DNA of 64,000 bases from Eledone cirrhosa (taxonomy: Eukaryota), in assembly GCA_964016885.1 (NCBI GenBank), contig OZ024751.1, forward strand, positions 31,558,001 through 31,622,000, given 5' to 3'. Position 1 is the first letter of the stretch. Every line of letters starts with the position of its first letter. Both the position numbers and the translations under genes were made by a program. Positions 13,051 to 25,214 of the stretch are shown in pieces. Below the pieces are notes generated by a model that saw nothing but the letters and a program-made list of their open reading frames with translations, made no database searches and was not told the origin of the DNA.

Positions 13051-14247
13051 CCCAGCCTTTATAGTGAGTCTGGGCTAGGTGTTTACACTCAGATACGATG
13101 TGAGCCACAGTTTCCTCTCACGCTCCATAGATCCTACAGAGTGGGCTAGCCTCCTCCTTGTCAATATGGTGTTTCACGCACTTTGTTCTGAGGGTTTGCT
13201 CCTATCATTATTATTATTTGTTTCTTCTTTTACAATACCGTGTACAGAAATAGCCAACTGATCTTTAACTCTACAAAATACTTCAGCAATACTGGTATAG
13301 TCACTGCCTCCATCTCTCTCACTCTCCCCATCTCTCACTATTATAAGCAAATGGGGCCCCATGCGCTGGCTGCCTCACAGCTCTGGTGGACAGAATAGAG
13401 AAAACGTTTCCCTGGAGGATGGTAAGGGATACCCGTTGGAAGAGCCATTCCAGCTTGCAAGGCTCACATCTGTGGGTAACCAACTCAGTGCCAATGGTGG
13501 TGAGTAGGGAGGTGTTCCTAGGGCAAAGGACACCAGAAGGACACCAGATTATTCTAGAAATGTTATTTAGTTAAAGTTCAAAGAGAGAGGATATGTAACC
13601 GGATTTCATTCAACAATTTTTTCTTTCACCAATCAACATCCTCCTTCCAGTATTTAATACACACACACACCTACAGGCCTCTCCATTCACAGACACACAG
13701 ACACACACACCTACATCTCCAGACACACGCACACACACACATCTCCAGACACACACATATACACACATATACAGCTCCATTCACTAACACACTCACCTCC
13801 ATCTCCAGACACACACACACACCCACAGGCCTCCCCATTCACAGACACACACAGACACACACACACCTCCGGAACCCACCCACACATACACACAAACACA
13901 CACACATATATAGCTCCATTCACTGACACAAACATACAGAGAAACACATACACACACACAGAGACACATCTGGGTTAGCAACTCATCCTAGATGCCCTCT
14001 GAAGGGGAAGGTGGAAGGGTGGTAGGTGAAGGGAAATGGTAGATGGGAGGAGGGAGAATGATGGTGTGGTGTAAGGACAGAGGTGCCATCAACTCTATGG
14101 GCATGGATGTGGCACCTTCTATCAGGGTAGGGGGCATCCTTGCTGGGTGAAAGTCATGGGTTCAACTGCATAAACAGCAGAGATGAAGGAATTGGGAGTG
14201 GAGGATGGAATGTTTGGTGTGGTTTGGATGGGAGGAGGTGAAGTGAA

Positions 14248-14670
14248 GGTAGACATGGAAGTTGGTAGGTTTAAAGAAGGCTGACCTAAAGGTAGACATG
14301 GAAGTTGGTAGGTTTAAAGAAGGCTGAAAGGTAGACATGGGAGTTGGTAGGTTTAAAGAAGGCTGACCTGAAGGTAGGCATGGGAGTTGGTAGGTTTAAA
14401 GAAGGCTGACCTGAAGGTAGGCATGGGAGTTGGTAGGTTTAAAGAAGGCTGACCTGAAGGTAGGCATGGGAGTTGGTAGGTTTAAAGAAGGCTGACCTGA
14501 AGGTAGGCATGGGAGTTGGTAGGTTTAAAGAAGGCTGACCTGAAGGTAGGCATGGGAGTTGGTAGGTTTAAAGAAGGCTGACCTGAAGGTAGGCATGGGA
14601 GTTGGTAGGTTTAAAGAAGGCTGACCTGAAGGTAGGCATGGGAGTTGGTAGGTTTAAAGAAGGCTGACCT
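14248..14670. repeat. 43-bp minisatellite, ~10 copies
   Basis: Unit AAGGTAGGCATGGGAGTTGGTAGGTTTAAAGAAGGCTGACCTG. Confidence 0.95.
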
Positions 14671-14925
14671 AATGAGAAAGAGATTGGAGTGGTTGATGGA
14701 AACAGAGATATAGACAGAAGTAGTGGAGATGGAGGTGAAGTGAAGGGCAAGACATCGTCTCACAGAATACATGAGAAAACATCTAAAAATATATTTAACA
14801 TTTGAATCGAAACCAGTTATATTTAATGCAACAATTATAAAATTATTCATTTTGTTGGATTAAAGAAGAAATTATCTTTAAACATACTTCACTGCATTTT
14901 CAACTCCACTTTTTAACTCTAACCG

Positions 14926-15392
14926 GTTATATGATGCCTATGTGAGATGCACGATGCTGCATAGTAGTGAGACATGAGCAGCAACTGTAGGGGATATGCG
15001 ACAGCTGGAGAGAAATGAAGCAAGCATGCTCTGTTGGATGTGCAATGTTAATGTGCGTGAATGACCAAACATAGACGAGTTGAGAGAGAAACAGTGTATA
15101 AGAAGGATAAGTTGTAGTGTGCGGGAGAGAAGACTGCATTGATATGGACATGTGATGTGCATGGAGGATGACCGCTAGGTAAAGAAATGCCAAGAAATCA
15201 CAGTGGAAGGAAGACGCAGTAGAGGAAGACCAGGAAAATCATGGGCGGAGGTGGTGAGAGCTGACCTCAGATTAGTGAAGCTCACGGAGGAGATGACGAT
15301 GGACCGTGACAAATGGAGAGATGCTGTGCTGAATAGGACCCGTTCCACCCTTGCGAGCATGGGAAAAGCGGACATAAAATGATGATGATGAT
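14926..15392 (+). mobile_element. RTE LINE 3' end with (ATG)n tail
   Basis: LYDA..MLHSSETW..LERNEASML..RGRPGKSWAEVV; ends GGAAAAGCGGACATAAAATGATGATG. Confidence 0.85.
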
Positions 15393-16049
15393 ACATATGT
15401 ATATATAAATGGAAAAAATGAAATTTCATTTCTCACTCTTAGTACGGCTGATACTTAAATATAAGTATACGTACATACATATATGTATACAGACGTACAG
15501 TAGTATGTATATACATACTTACATGCACACATATATATATGTACGTATGGGTTTACAAAACATTTATTATAATGCTCGGTTTGTTTGTAAACAAACAGCC
15601 CGAATTAGTAGCTGTACAGTGTTCGGCAACCATCGTTGCCCTTTTGTTCAACACTGACTAAGGAACAATGAACTAGTTTCTAGCTTATTAGCTGTCATCA
15701 GCATCATATACCTTCCTGTCAGTCGATTGAACGTTTGAAAGTATATACTTTCCTTATGCATATTAACGGCTGCGCAGCCTAATTTGAGTTATGGATTAGA
15801 TGGGATGAATTAAGCTGGTCTAAAGTTCTCAAATTTGGTCACCGTTTTATGCCTACAGAAAATAGTTCTTTCAATTTTGCTGTTAAGTAACATTTTGTTG
15901 CATTTTAAAATTTGGAAAAATTCCATATTACGAAGACAACAGTGGGACATGCCAATTCTATAGGCTATTGTTGTTGATAATTTTTGTCCAGCTGATTTTG
16001 TATTCCAGGTTTGCATCTCTGAGTTGCCAGATTTTATTGGTGAGTGTTG

Positions 16050-18665
16050 ATGTATTCATGAGCTACTGTACTTTCTGAGCACCCTCCACCATTGCTGATT
16101 TTGTCACCCAGGTAACGGAAAGTGTCCACTATTTCTATAGAGCCATCTGGGAAATAGAAGGAGCTAGTATCCTGTGGGCGCTTGCTACTTATTGCACCTG
16201 AGCACTGGCCACATATAAAATCTACGTTCTTAGATAGCTTACCTGTGATCCCCTACATCTTTTATGCACCCATACTTTGCATTTGGGACATAAAATGGAA
16301 TTTCTGCCTATTCCTTTCCTACACACTGAGCATGGTCATTTGCCAACGGGAACTAGTGCCCTATTTTCCTTCCTACATACTAGAACTTTAGTCTTAGACA
16401 AGTTAACTTTAAGGCCTTTTGATTCTAGGCCATGCTTCAATGTTTGGAATTTCTTCTTTAGTTCAGCCATCGATTCAGCTATGAGCATCTGCATAGAAAA
16501 GTTCCCATGAGCAGCCAGTCTTGAACTCCTCTGTTATGGTCTGAAGGGCAATAATAAATAGGAGGGGGCTAAGAACAGAGCCCTGATGGACACCAACTTT
16601 TACGCTAAATTCTTCACTATATTCGTTGTTAATTCTAACCTTGCTGACTTTCTTTATACATGGCTTGTATAGCTCTCACAAGCCATTCATCAACCCCTAG
16701 TTTTCTAAGTGCCCACCAGATAATGGCGCGGGGGACTCTGTCAAAGGCTTTCTCCAAATCAACAAAAGTAGAGGGGTTTACTTTTAGCTAGGTACTTCTC
16801 CTGTAGTTGTCATACAAGGAAAAGAGCGTCTGTGGTACTTTTACCTGACACAAACCCGAACTGCATTTCATCTAGATCAATTCGCTCACTGATTAGTTGC
16901 ACTATAACTCTTTCTGTGACCTTCATGACCTGGTCAACTAACTTAATGCCTCTATAGTTTCCTCTATCTAGTGCATCTCCTTTACCCTTGTAGCAGTTAA
17001 TGATGATGCTGCTTCACCAGTCTTTTGGTATGACCCCGTTCTGTATTACTTGGTTAACTATATGGGTGACCATAGTATGTCCCACCATTCCAGATGCCTT
17101 CAACATCTCAGCAGCTATCTCTGAAGGCCCAGCTGCCTTGCCTGTCTTTATATCTTTGATTGCCTTACTTATTATACTACCTTTAACTTGCACCGCTGGT
17201 CCTTCTATTGGATTGATTTGGGGCAGACTATCTTTTTCCCATTTATTCTCCTCATTTAGTAGCCTCTCGTAGTGACACTTCCAAGCTACCTTCTTATCAG
17301 CGTCAGTGATGGCAAGTACACCATCATCATTACAGACACACTTCTCCCCAACAATATCACGGTTTTCCTTGACACATTGCCTAGCAATCCTGAACACCTC
17401 ACGTTATTGGTCTTCGTGTTGTAGAACATGCTTGAACTGTCTTTCCTCTGCTTCCCTTCTTGCAAAGTACACTTGTCTCCTAGCTTCCCTCCTGGCCACT
17501 TGATAGTCTTCTCTACTTCCCCCATCTTGCCATACTTTCCAAGCCTGCTTTTTGGCCTTGATTGACTCCTCCACCTTACTGTTCCACCACCATGTCACTC
17601 TCCTCCTGCCTATAGGTCTGCTCCAGCCAGATTTCATCTGTCGCCTTCAGCAGGTTAACTTTCAGGAATTCCCACTGTTCCTCTATACTGTACGACTCTA
17701 ATTGCTCTTCCTTACTATCAAAAGCATCAAGTAATATGCTTTTAAATTTGTTACTGGTTGTGGGGTCCTTTAACTTCCATATTCTTCTCCTTAGGGTAGT
17801 CCTCCTCTGTTGTCGAGTACGTCTCATCCTGACTATGAGGTCGCTAACTATGAGGCTATGTTGGGAGGTGCATTCTTCATGGGGGAGGGATATAGTGTTT
17901 ACAACAGACACTGTCATGTCTTCTGGTAAGAATATAATTTATCTGACTGGTGTGTTCCCCTGATCTATAGGTGATCAAGTGATTGTCTCATTTTTTGAAG
18001 TTTGTGTTACAGATAGTTAGGTTATTTGTGTCACAGAATTCCAGGATTCTGGAGCCTTCCTCATTTCTAGTACCAAACTCATAGCCTCCATGGATTCTGT
18101 CATAGCCATTACAATATTGTCCAACATGACCATTTAGGTCGCCCACAATAATTATGTAGTCACTGTCGGTTATTTGGGAGGTAGTGAGCATTAGCGACTC
18201 ATAGAATCTGTCTTTTATAACGCCAAGCAGTCCGGGATTGGGGTGCATACGCAGATATTATTGTCACAGTAGTTCTATTTAGGACAAATCTTATTTTAAT
18301 TATTCTGTCATTCACTCTATTTACGTCTATTATCTTATCTATCCATTTTTCTGCTAGCATGATTCCTACTCCGCCCAGCCCATTGTCATTTCCCACCCAT
18401 ATAAGTTTATAGCATCGTTTTTTACCCATAATGAATCTAGCAGACCCACCCCTCCACCTGGTCTCTTGAATACAGAAAACATCAACTTCCTTACGTTCAA
18501 GCATCTCTACAACCTCGTTAGAGCGACCTTTTAAGGTGCCTACATTCATGGTACCAACTCTGAAGTTTTGCATTGCGTTTGGTGAGTGGGGAGGATGGGC
18601 GCAGGGAGGGGTGAGGGAGATGGGGTTATGTTAGCCATCCGCGGCCGAAATAAAGAGGAGGACTC
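16050..18665 (-). mobile_element. RTE LINE, endonuclease through RT and Cys finger, degraded
   Basis: ORF pieces 18199-18573 (GTMNVGTL, QETRW), 17988-18248 (GDLNGHVG), 17014-17397 (KAAGPSEI) and downstream RT motifs. Confidence 0.92.
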
Positions 18666-19376
18666 CTTGCATTCTCGTCCAGCAACATGAGGTTAATTTA
18701 TCTTTATCTTTGGCATTGTCATTGAGTGTCCAGATTCTTCAGACTCTCCAGAATTCCATAGTCCATCTAGCATATCAAAAGCCACCAGGTCTAAACTTAA
18801 GGAGAGGTCTAAACTTAAGGAGTGATAGCCGAGGCGGTGGTTTTGTGAAAGAGATTGGTAAGAGAAACATATTATAAGCTGCTGAATTATGATTGGACCA
18901 AATAATAATGGGGGGCGGGGGAGCGGGAGGAGGGGGGATCTGGGGGAGTTAACAAGAAGGTTATTTTATAATATAATCCTAGAAATTCGGCCATAATTAA
19001 ATGAGCATATAACAGTAATAAGAGTTTAAATACAAGTAGAAGATTGTTTTCGAGGGTCTGACAGAATTATGGGAGTTTAAAATACAAGAAGATTGTTTTG
19101 GACAATCAGACAGAATTATCGAATAACATTGAAAAGAAAAGATTGGGTTCTAAGTTAAGCGGACAATATAACACTGATAGGTGAATGGACTAGGAACATG
19201 GAGAGACAAGAAAAATAGGGTGAATACATTACATTTCTCAAAAGCGAGCGAGCGGGCATTTGGCCAAGAATAAGGGATCGACAATGTTTACAAGTAAAAA
19301 TTTAGAAAGCCGTAGCTATGCAATAAACACCGGGGCTAACTTTCTCTGGTGGTATCCAGCAGAAGCTAGGGGGACA

Positions 19377-19420
19377 ATCGTCGATGCATTTCAGACTTAA
19401 CTAGTCCTCATCAGGACGAT
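19377..19420 (-). ncRNA. Minimal type I hammerhead ribozyme with palindromic loop 3
   Basis: Minus strand ATCGTC-CTGATGA-GGACT(AGTTA)AGTCT-GAAA-TGCA-TC-GACGAT: perfect 6-bp stem I, 5-bp stem II, and a single A-U pair capped by palindromic UGCA. Confidence 0.8.
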
Positions 19421-20159
19421 CTCTCCCCCCACACTTGCAACTGCTGGACTTGAAAACAGTCGAGAATATATAGTTTCCTCGTCTATTGCCAGGTGGTGCT
19501 ATTAAGTTAGACATGGCCTGGGCCAATACTGGTCGAAACCTATCAAAGTTATCAAAGATATATATATATATTTAGCGAAATCTCACCACACATACTGACC
19601 CCTAAATAACATGAGGTGCTATTTATTTTTAGCTCAGGTTGGTGCCAGTAGTCTGGAGAACTGGCCAACTTGGGCTTAAATGAGATAAGATTTTCTTAAA
19701 GCCTTCCTCTCTCTCTCTCTCGTATGTATGTATGTCATGACATCTACATGACCATTTTACAGTGTGAGTTGGGAGCTTTTTGTTGTGATATCAACACGAA
19801 CATTGTAGTGTGGACTGGGTGCTTTTTGTCGTGTCATGAAAATGACACCTTTACAGTGTGGATTGGAGACTTTGGTGTGGGAGGTGTGTGGGGATTGGGG
19901 AGGTAGGTATATAGGGGCACGTGTGTGTTTAGGATATGGGTGGGGTATAAGAACATGGGAGGTGTATGGAAGCAGGGATGGAGACGAAGGAGGCGCATAT
20001 TAGATGTATACTTCAGCTTGTGCTCACGGAAAGGTGTGTCTTCTGTATTACTTCATAACACCAGAGATCTGTGTCATTGCCTATGTATGTATATATGTAT
20101 ATATGTAAATATGTATGTATGACTGTAGGTATGTGTATGTATGTATTTGTATGTGCATG

Positions 20160-20623
20160 TGTAGTGACCTACATTCTGATGGCTCTTGAATACATTCTCC
20201 ATACGTTGTTTGGAGAATGTATTCAAGAGCCATCAGAATGTAGGGCAAGGCATTACAATGTTTTTTGATATATAATTTATTTACAAAGACGAGAAGTTGA
20301 GTTAGCTGTGAGGACATGTCATAAGAAATGAAATAAAACAAATTAAGATGCTGTAAAAGAATACGCAGACCTGTGGCTAAAGTTAGAAGCCACGGCGTGA
20401 AGAATTGTTCGATAGCTACATTTTGGAAAGTTTGTTGAGCAAAATCAAGAGATGTTTACCTTCTGGTAACGAGATTCAAAGAGAGATTTTCAAAGCGAAG
20501 CAGGAATTTTTCCCTTTTGGCAGAAGTTGAAATACATTTTACTACGCTGATAGCGATTGGCTGAACTGAGCCAAACAATGTATGGAGAATGTATTCAAGA
20601 GCCATCAGAATGTAGGTCACTAC
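20160..20623. repeat. Nested inverted repeats just upstream of the cystine-knot gene
   Basis: GTAGTGACCTACATTCTGATGGCTCTTGAATACATTCTCCA at ~20161 is mirrored at ~20211-20243 and again at ~20572-20623. Confidence 0.85.
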
Positions 20624-20668
20624 ATATACAAAGTTATTTAATGTTCTTCCTCTTTCTCTATTTAGGAA

Positions 20669-20719
20669 ATGGCATGCAATTGGAAAGAATTTCTTTTGGA
20701 AAACTGGTTCAAAATTGTG
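20669..20719 (+). CDS. Spaetzle-like cystine-knot gene, probable coding exon 1
   Basis: Acceptor TCTTTCTCTATTTAG at 20665; ATG at 20669 reads MACNWKEFLLENWFKIV; phase-0 donor GTAAAG at 20720 joins in frame to exon 2. The alternative start is the ATG at 22289. Confidence 0.55.
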
Positions 20720-21559
20720 GTAAAGTTCAAACCTGTTTTCTTTCTTTCTCACATTTCACTGTTCTTTTTCTGCTTATGTGTTCCTTGCTGTTTTGTTCTA
20801 CATAAAAGTATGTATGGAATTAGTCATACATAATATTATATCTGATTAAAGAACAAGAGAGACAGTCATGGTTGGAAAGTATTTCATTATAGATCTATTT
20901 ACTCTAGGTTGTCTTTTGACTAAACAATATTTTTCTCTCCAATTTTAATTGCTTTACAAATGACAGCAGCTAATGAAGGAAAACAGTGTTTTAAATTATA
21001 GATATAACACTATTGGTTTACACGATCACATTCGATTTTAGCTGAGAGTATTTTAACAGAAACTATCTTATTGATTTCTAATTTAGGTATAAGGTCTGTA
21101 GTGTGACATAATAATGATAATAATAATGAAAATTATTGTGTTCATTGCTCAGGTGCACTACAACTCATCAAAGGTGCATGTATGAAGTAAAACGAAGTTA
21201 GTAGTTGTTGAAGATGAATAACCATGACAAATAAATATAGTAGTAACAGCCAATTGACAAGAGAAGGTATCATCTATTTCATAGCAGATCATTCTGTCTG
21301 TCAGCATCCCATGACAGCCAGTTACTTGCATACTCTACTCTAAATAGTATACTATACATTCACAATTATTTAAAAATTCAATTATAACATTCTGTATTTA
21401 CATTTGGTATTACTGTATACTGCCAGTAACATGTACCGTATATATACACTACAATTAGTAAAAAATACACATTTTTTTCTGCAAAAATTTGATTGCACTG
21501 TTTTGTTTCCACTTATGTAATTTTTGAAAATGTTATTTATTCATTATAAAAATTAAATG

Positions 21560-21880
21560 ATAGCATTCTATATGTGAGTGGGCCTCCTGGCAACCAATAT
21601 TTCCAACCAGTTGCAATAATTGACATAGGTTCTGAGAGCAGATTTTAATTGCCAATCGAAACATTCCTCTGTACCATTAGCTGCAGGGTGATAAGCTGTT
21701 GTATGTATTCAGCTACAACCTAGGGGTGTGTCAATTTGTTAAAAAGGTTCGATTCTAGAAGGTGTGCCATAAAGCAAAATCCAATGCAAAATCCAATGCC
21801 TTGGCAATAGATTCAGTTGAGGTCGAAGGTCACATTTTGTTGGCCATGTCAGTGAGAGGAACCGCGGTAACATTTCTTTC
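21560..21880 (-). mobile_element. Gypsy-type LTR retrotransposon integrase remnant (intronic)
   Basis: Minus strand reads TAVPLTDM..STESIAKAL and ESNLF..TTAYHPAANG, matching integrase core motifs; heavily degraded. Confidence 0.6.
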
Positions 21881-22288
21881 GCTACATGTATAGTACATAG
21901 AATAATGTACAAATATCAGGAAAGTGAGCAGTGTATGAGTCATAATATACACACTGATACATGCATGTGTGTGTATGGAGGGGGAATATCAGGTGTAGTG
22001 TTGGTGAATTTCGAGAAGAGAAATATGGCATTTTAGGGGAGTTCCTTTTATTCAATTATGGATCAAGCCTAAAAATCTCAGATTTCTCTGCCTTACACAA
22101 TATTAACTCATTGTACTTTGTGACCTTATTATTTACTGATACAAGATGTAACTAGCCACAAGAATCTACCGTTTCCATTTCTTCTTGGTAAATATTAACA
22201 AAAGGTTTGTTTTTAAAAAAGTCTTTAAAAAAAGCCCCAAAGAAATATATATTTGTCTTTCAAAATATGTTATTTTGTTTTTCAACAG

Positions 22289-22341
22289 ATGTTCATATTT
22301 TTTATCATAATTTTGGGCATAGAAATTCATCAACTTAAACG
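22289..22341 (+). CDS. Spaetzle-like cystine-knot gene, exon 2 (hydrophobic signal/anchor)
   Basis: Acceptor TTTTTCAACAG; reads MFIFFIIILGIEIHQLK plus CG; donor GTAAGT, phase 2. Confidence 0.8.
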
Positions 22342-22479
22342 GTAAGTTTTACATTTTTTATGATTTTATTTTGCCCTGTTGGTGCATTTCCATTAAAGAT
22401 TTTTAATCAACCACATAACTTGTTTTATAAAATGGTTACAGTATTATTGAACACAAAGGCACATACACCCAATCAATGT

Positions 22480-23413
22480 AGAGACAAGATATTTTAAGGG
22501 TTGGATGTGGGGACAAGATATTATAGGAGTTAGATGTGGGGACAAGATAATATAGGGGTTAGATGTGGGGACAAGATATTATAGGGGTTAGATGTGGGGA
22601 CAAGATATTATAGGAGTTAGATGTGGGGACAAGATAATATAGGGGTTAGATGTGGCGACAAGATATTATAGGGGTTAGATGTGGGGACAAGATATTATAG
22701 GAGTTAGATGTGGGGACAAGATAATATAGGGGTTAGATGTGGGGACAAGATATTATAGGGGTTAGATGTGGGGACAAGATATTATAGGAGTTAGATGTGG
22801 GGACAAGATAATATAAGGGTTGGATGTGGGGACAAGATATTATAGGAGTTAGATGTGGGGACAAGATAATATAGGGGTTAGATGTGGGGACAAGATATTA
22901 TAGGGGTTAGATGTGGGGACAAGATATTATAGGAGTTAGATGTGGGGACAAGATAATATAGGGGTTAGATGTGGCGACAAGATATTATAGGGGTTAGATG
23001 TGGGGACAAGATATTATAGGAGTTAGATGTGGGGACAAGATAATATAGGGGTTAGATGTGGCGACAAGATATTATAGGGGTTAGATGTGGGGACAAGATA
23101 TTATAGGGGTTAGATGTGGGGACAAGATATTATAGGAGTTAGATGTGGGGACAAGATATTATAGGAGTTAGATGTGGGGACAAGATAATATAGGGGTTAG
23201 ATGTGGCGACAAGATATTATAGGGGTTAGATGTGGGGACAAGATATTATAGGGGTTAGATATGGGGATAAGCTATATTATAAGGGTTGGATGTGGGGACA
23301 AGATAATATAGAGGTGGATGTGGGGACAAGATATATTTTAGAGGTTGGATGTGGGGACAAGATATTATAAGGGTTGGATGTGAGGACAAGATAATATAGG
23401 GGTTAGATGTGGG
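22480..23413. repeat. ~29-30-bp minisatellite, ~30 copies (intronic)
   Basis: Unit GATGTGGGGACAAGATATTATAGG(A/G)GTTA. Confidence 0.95.
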
Positions 23414-24191
23414 TGGATCAAATCAATTGCAGTAGTTCTTTTTTTATTTCAATGAGATTTTGAATCAGCATCAACATCATCTTCATCATTATCATTTGTC
23501 TCAGTTATAGAATAATTAGTAGTTTCATATATACACATGTTCTCCCAGTATCTTTTGTTACTTTTAACAACATCTCGGAAAAAATAATTCTGCTGAAATA
23601 TCCAGAGTTTATTGTACATAAATGTAGATAATTTTATTTTCAAAATGTAGAGTTATGGTATATATATATCATATGTATCATATGTATCACTACAGTTGGA
23701 ATATAAATATAGGGGTATTGTATATATATATGTGATATATATGATATATATCAGTAGAGTTGGTTTCCAAATGTAGAGTGTAATATATATATGATATGTA
23801 TCAATAGAGTTAATTTAAAAATGTAGAGGTATTATATATATATATATGTATCGGTAGAGTTGGTTTATAAATGTAGAGGTTTGGTATATATATATATCGG
23901 ATGTATCAATAGAGTTTGGTGAGCCATTGATAGACCCAATGTATGGAATGTTGAAATAGATGACTCTATATATCATACTATCCTATATACCATACTATTT
24001 TTATTCAATATACCATACTATTTTTATTCTATATACCATGCTATTTTTATTCTATATACCATACTATTCTATATACTATACTATGATTTTATATACAATA
24101 CTATGATTCTAAATACGATACTATTTTATATACAATACTACATCTATATACCATACTATTCTATATATCACACTATTGTTATTCTTTATAG

Positions 24192-24326
24192 AGAATATAT
24201 GGATACATCATCTGCAGACTATATTGCAAGAATAAAGTTCAAAGGATTTTTCCGAGATGATGATCAACAAACATCATGGTTTTCTCATTACGAGAAAAGT
24301 AAGATAACTAATGTGTGTTGTTCATC
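24192..24326 (+). CDS. Spaetzle-like cystine-knot gene, exon 3
   Basis: Acceptor ATTCTTTATAG; reads (R)EYMDTSSADYIARIKFKGFFRDDDQQTSWFSHYEKSKITNVCCS plus TC; donor GTAAGT; phase 2-2. Confidence 0.85.
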
Positions 24327-25002
24327 GTAAGTATGAAATACATTTGTTTGTGTACACTTGATCACACATATGTATAAAAATATGAGAATACAGTGTAATA
24401 AATTCATAAATCTTAATATGCTTCTGGATATCAGAGAATATGCCAAAGAAGTTATCTCTGTAACAAAAACATCTTATAAATTCTTCAATTTACAATGTTC
24501 TCATAACAATTGTTATTAATAATATGTAATGTGGAATAACTTATTTCATGTTGAGACTATGTTAGATATGTTGTGGCTATATATTAAATGTTGTGTTGGG
24601 ACTATATGTTAGATGAGTTGGGACTATATGTTAGATGTTATGTTAGGACTATATGTAACGTGTTAGGTGAAAGAAATCAATCAAAAGACTTTGTTGTTGA
24701 AAAAAACACTTCAATGAACCAGTTTTCTACCAATTACAAGCTATAAACTGGAGGATAAAGAAGAAAACCTATATCGTTGTTAATGAATTCCCTACTCAAG
24801 AATATCTAAAAGAATATGATTTAAATCTGAATGCATTGTGGCTATGTTTAATGAAGTTGGTATGAAAATCTAGCTATTGTAATGATAGAATCTCCGTATA
24901 TGGGCTTGTTTGGGAGAAATTTATAAATTTCTAATGAATATATAATACTTTATCACTTAATTGAATTCACCACTACACCTTTTTTTTTATTGCATTTTCA
25001 AG

Positions 25003-25110
25003 TAACACAACATGGTCTGCACCTACATTGATGAGGGATATACACGGAAAAGAACGGGTCATCACACAGTTCCCAGATCAGAAACAGTTTTATTATACAG
25101 AATTATGTGT
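25003..25110 (+). CDS. Spaetzle-like cystine-knot gene, exon 4
   Basis: Acceptor TTGCATTTTCAAG; reads (S)NTTWSAPTLMRDIHGKERVITQFPDQKQFYYTELC plus GT; donor GTAAGT; phase 2-2. Confidence 0.85.
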
Positions 25111-25214
25111 GTAAGTATATATTTGGATTAAGTAGGCTGTCTTGATTTGTAACTGTCTACCCAACTTTTCTTAATGTAACACTCTTTTTATAGCATGGAA
25201 TGGAATATGGGTAT

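Larger units (their letters stand above)
10478..13250 (+). repeat. Local segmental duplication, copy 2
   Basis: Colinear with copy 1; lacks the CR1 insertion at AATAGTAATT|GTAGCAG but carries a SINE at 10722-10905. Confidence 0.85.

Noticed and set aside
20720-20808. Longer exon 1 using the donor GTATGT at ~20808
   Set aside because: It would enter exon 2 in phase 1 and hit TAA; only the 20720 donor keeps the frame.
24299-24304. Alternative donor GTAAGA inside exon 3
   Set aside because: Phase 1 is incompatible with exon 4 and would remove the CC pair.
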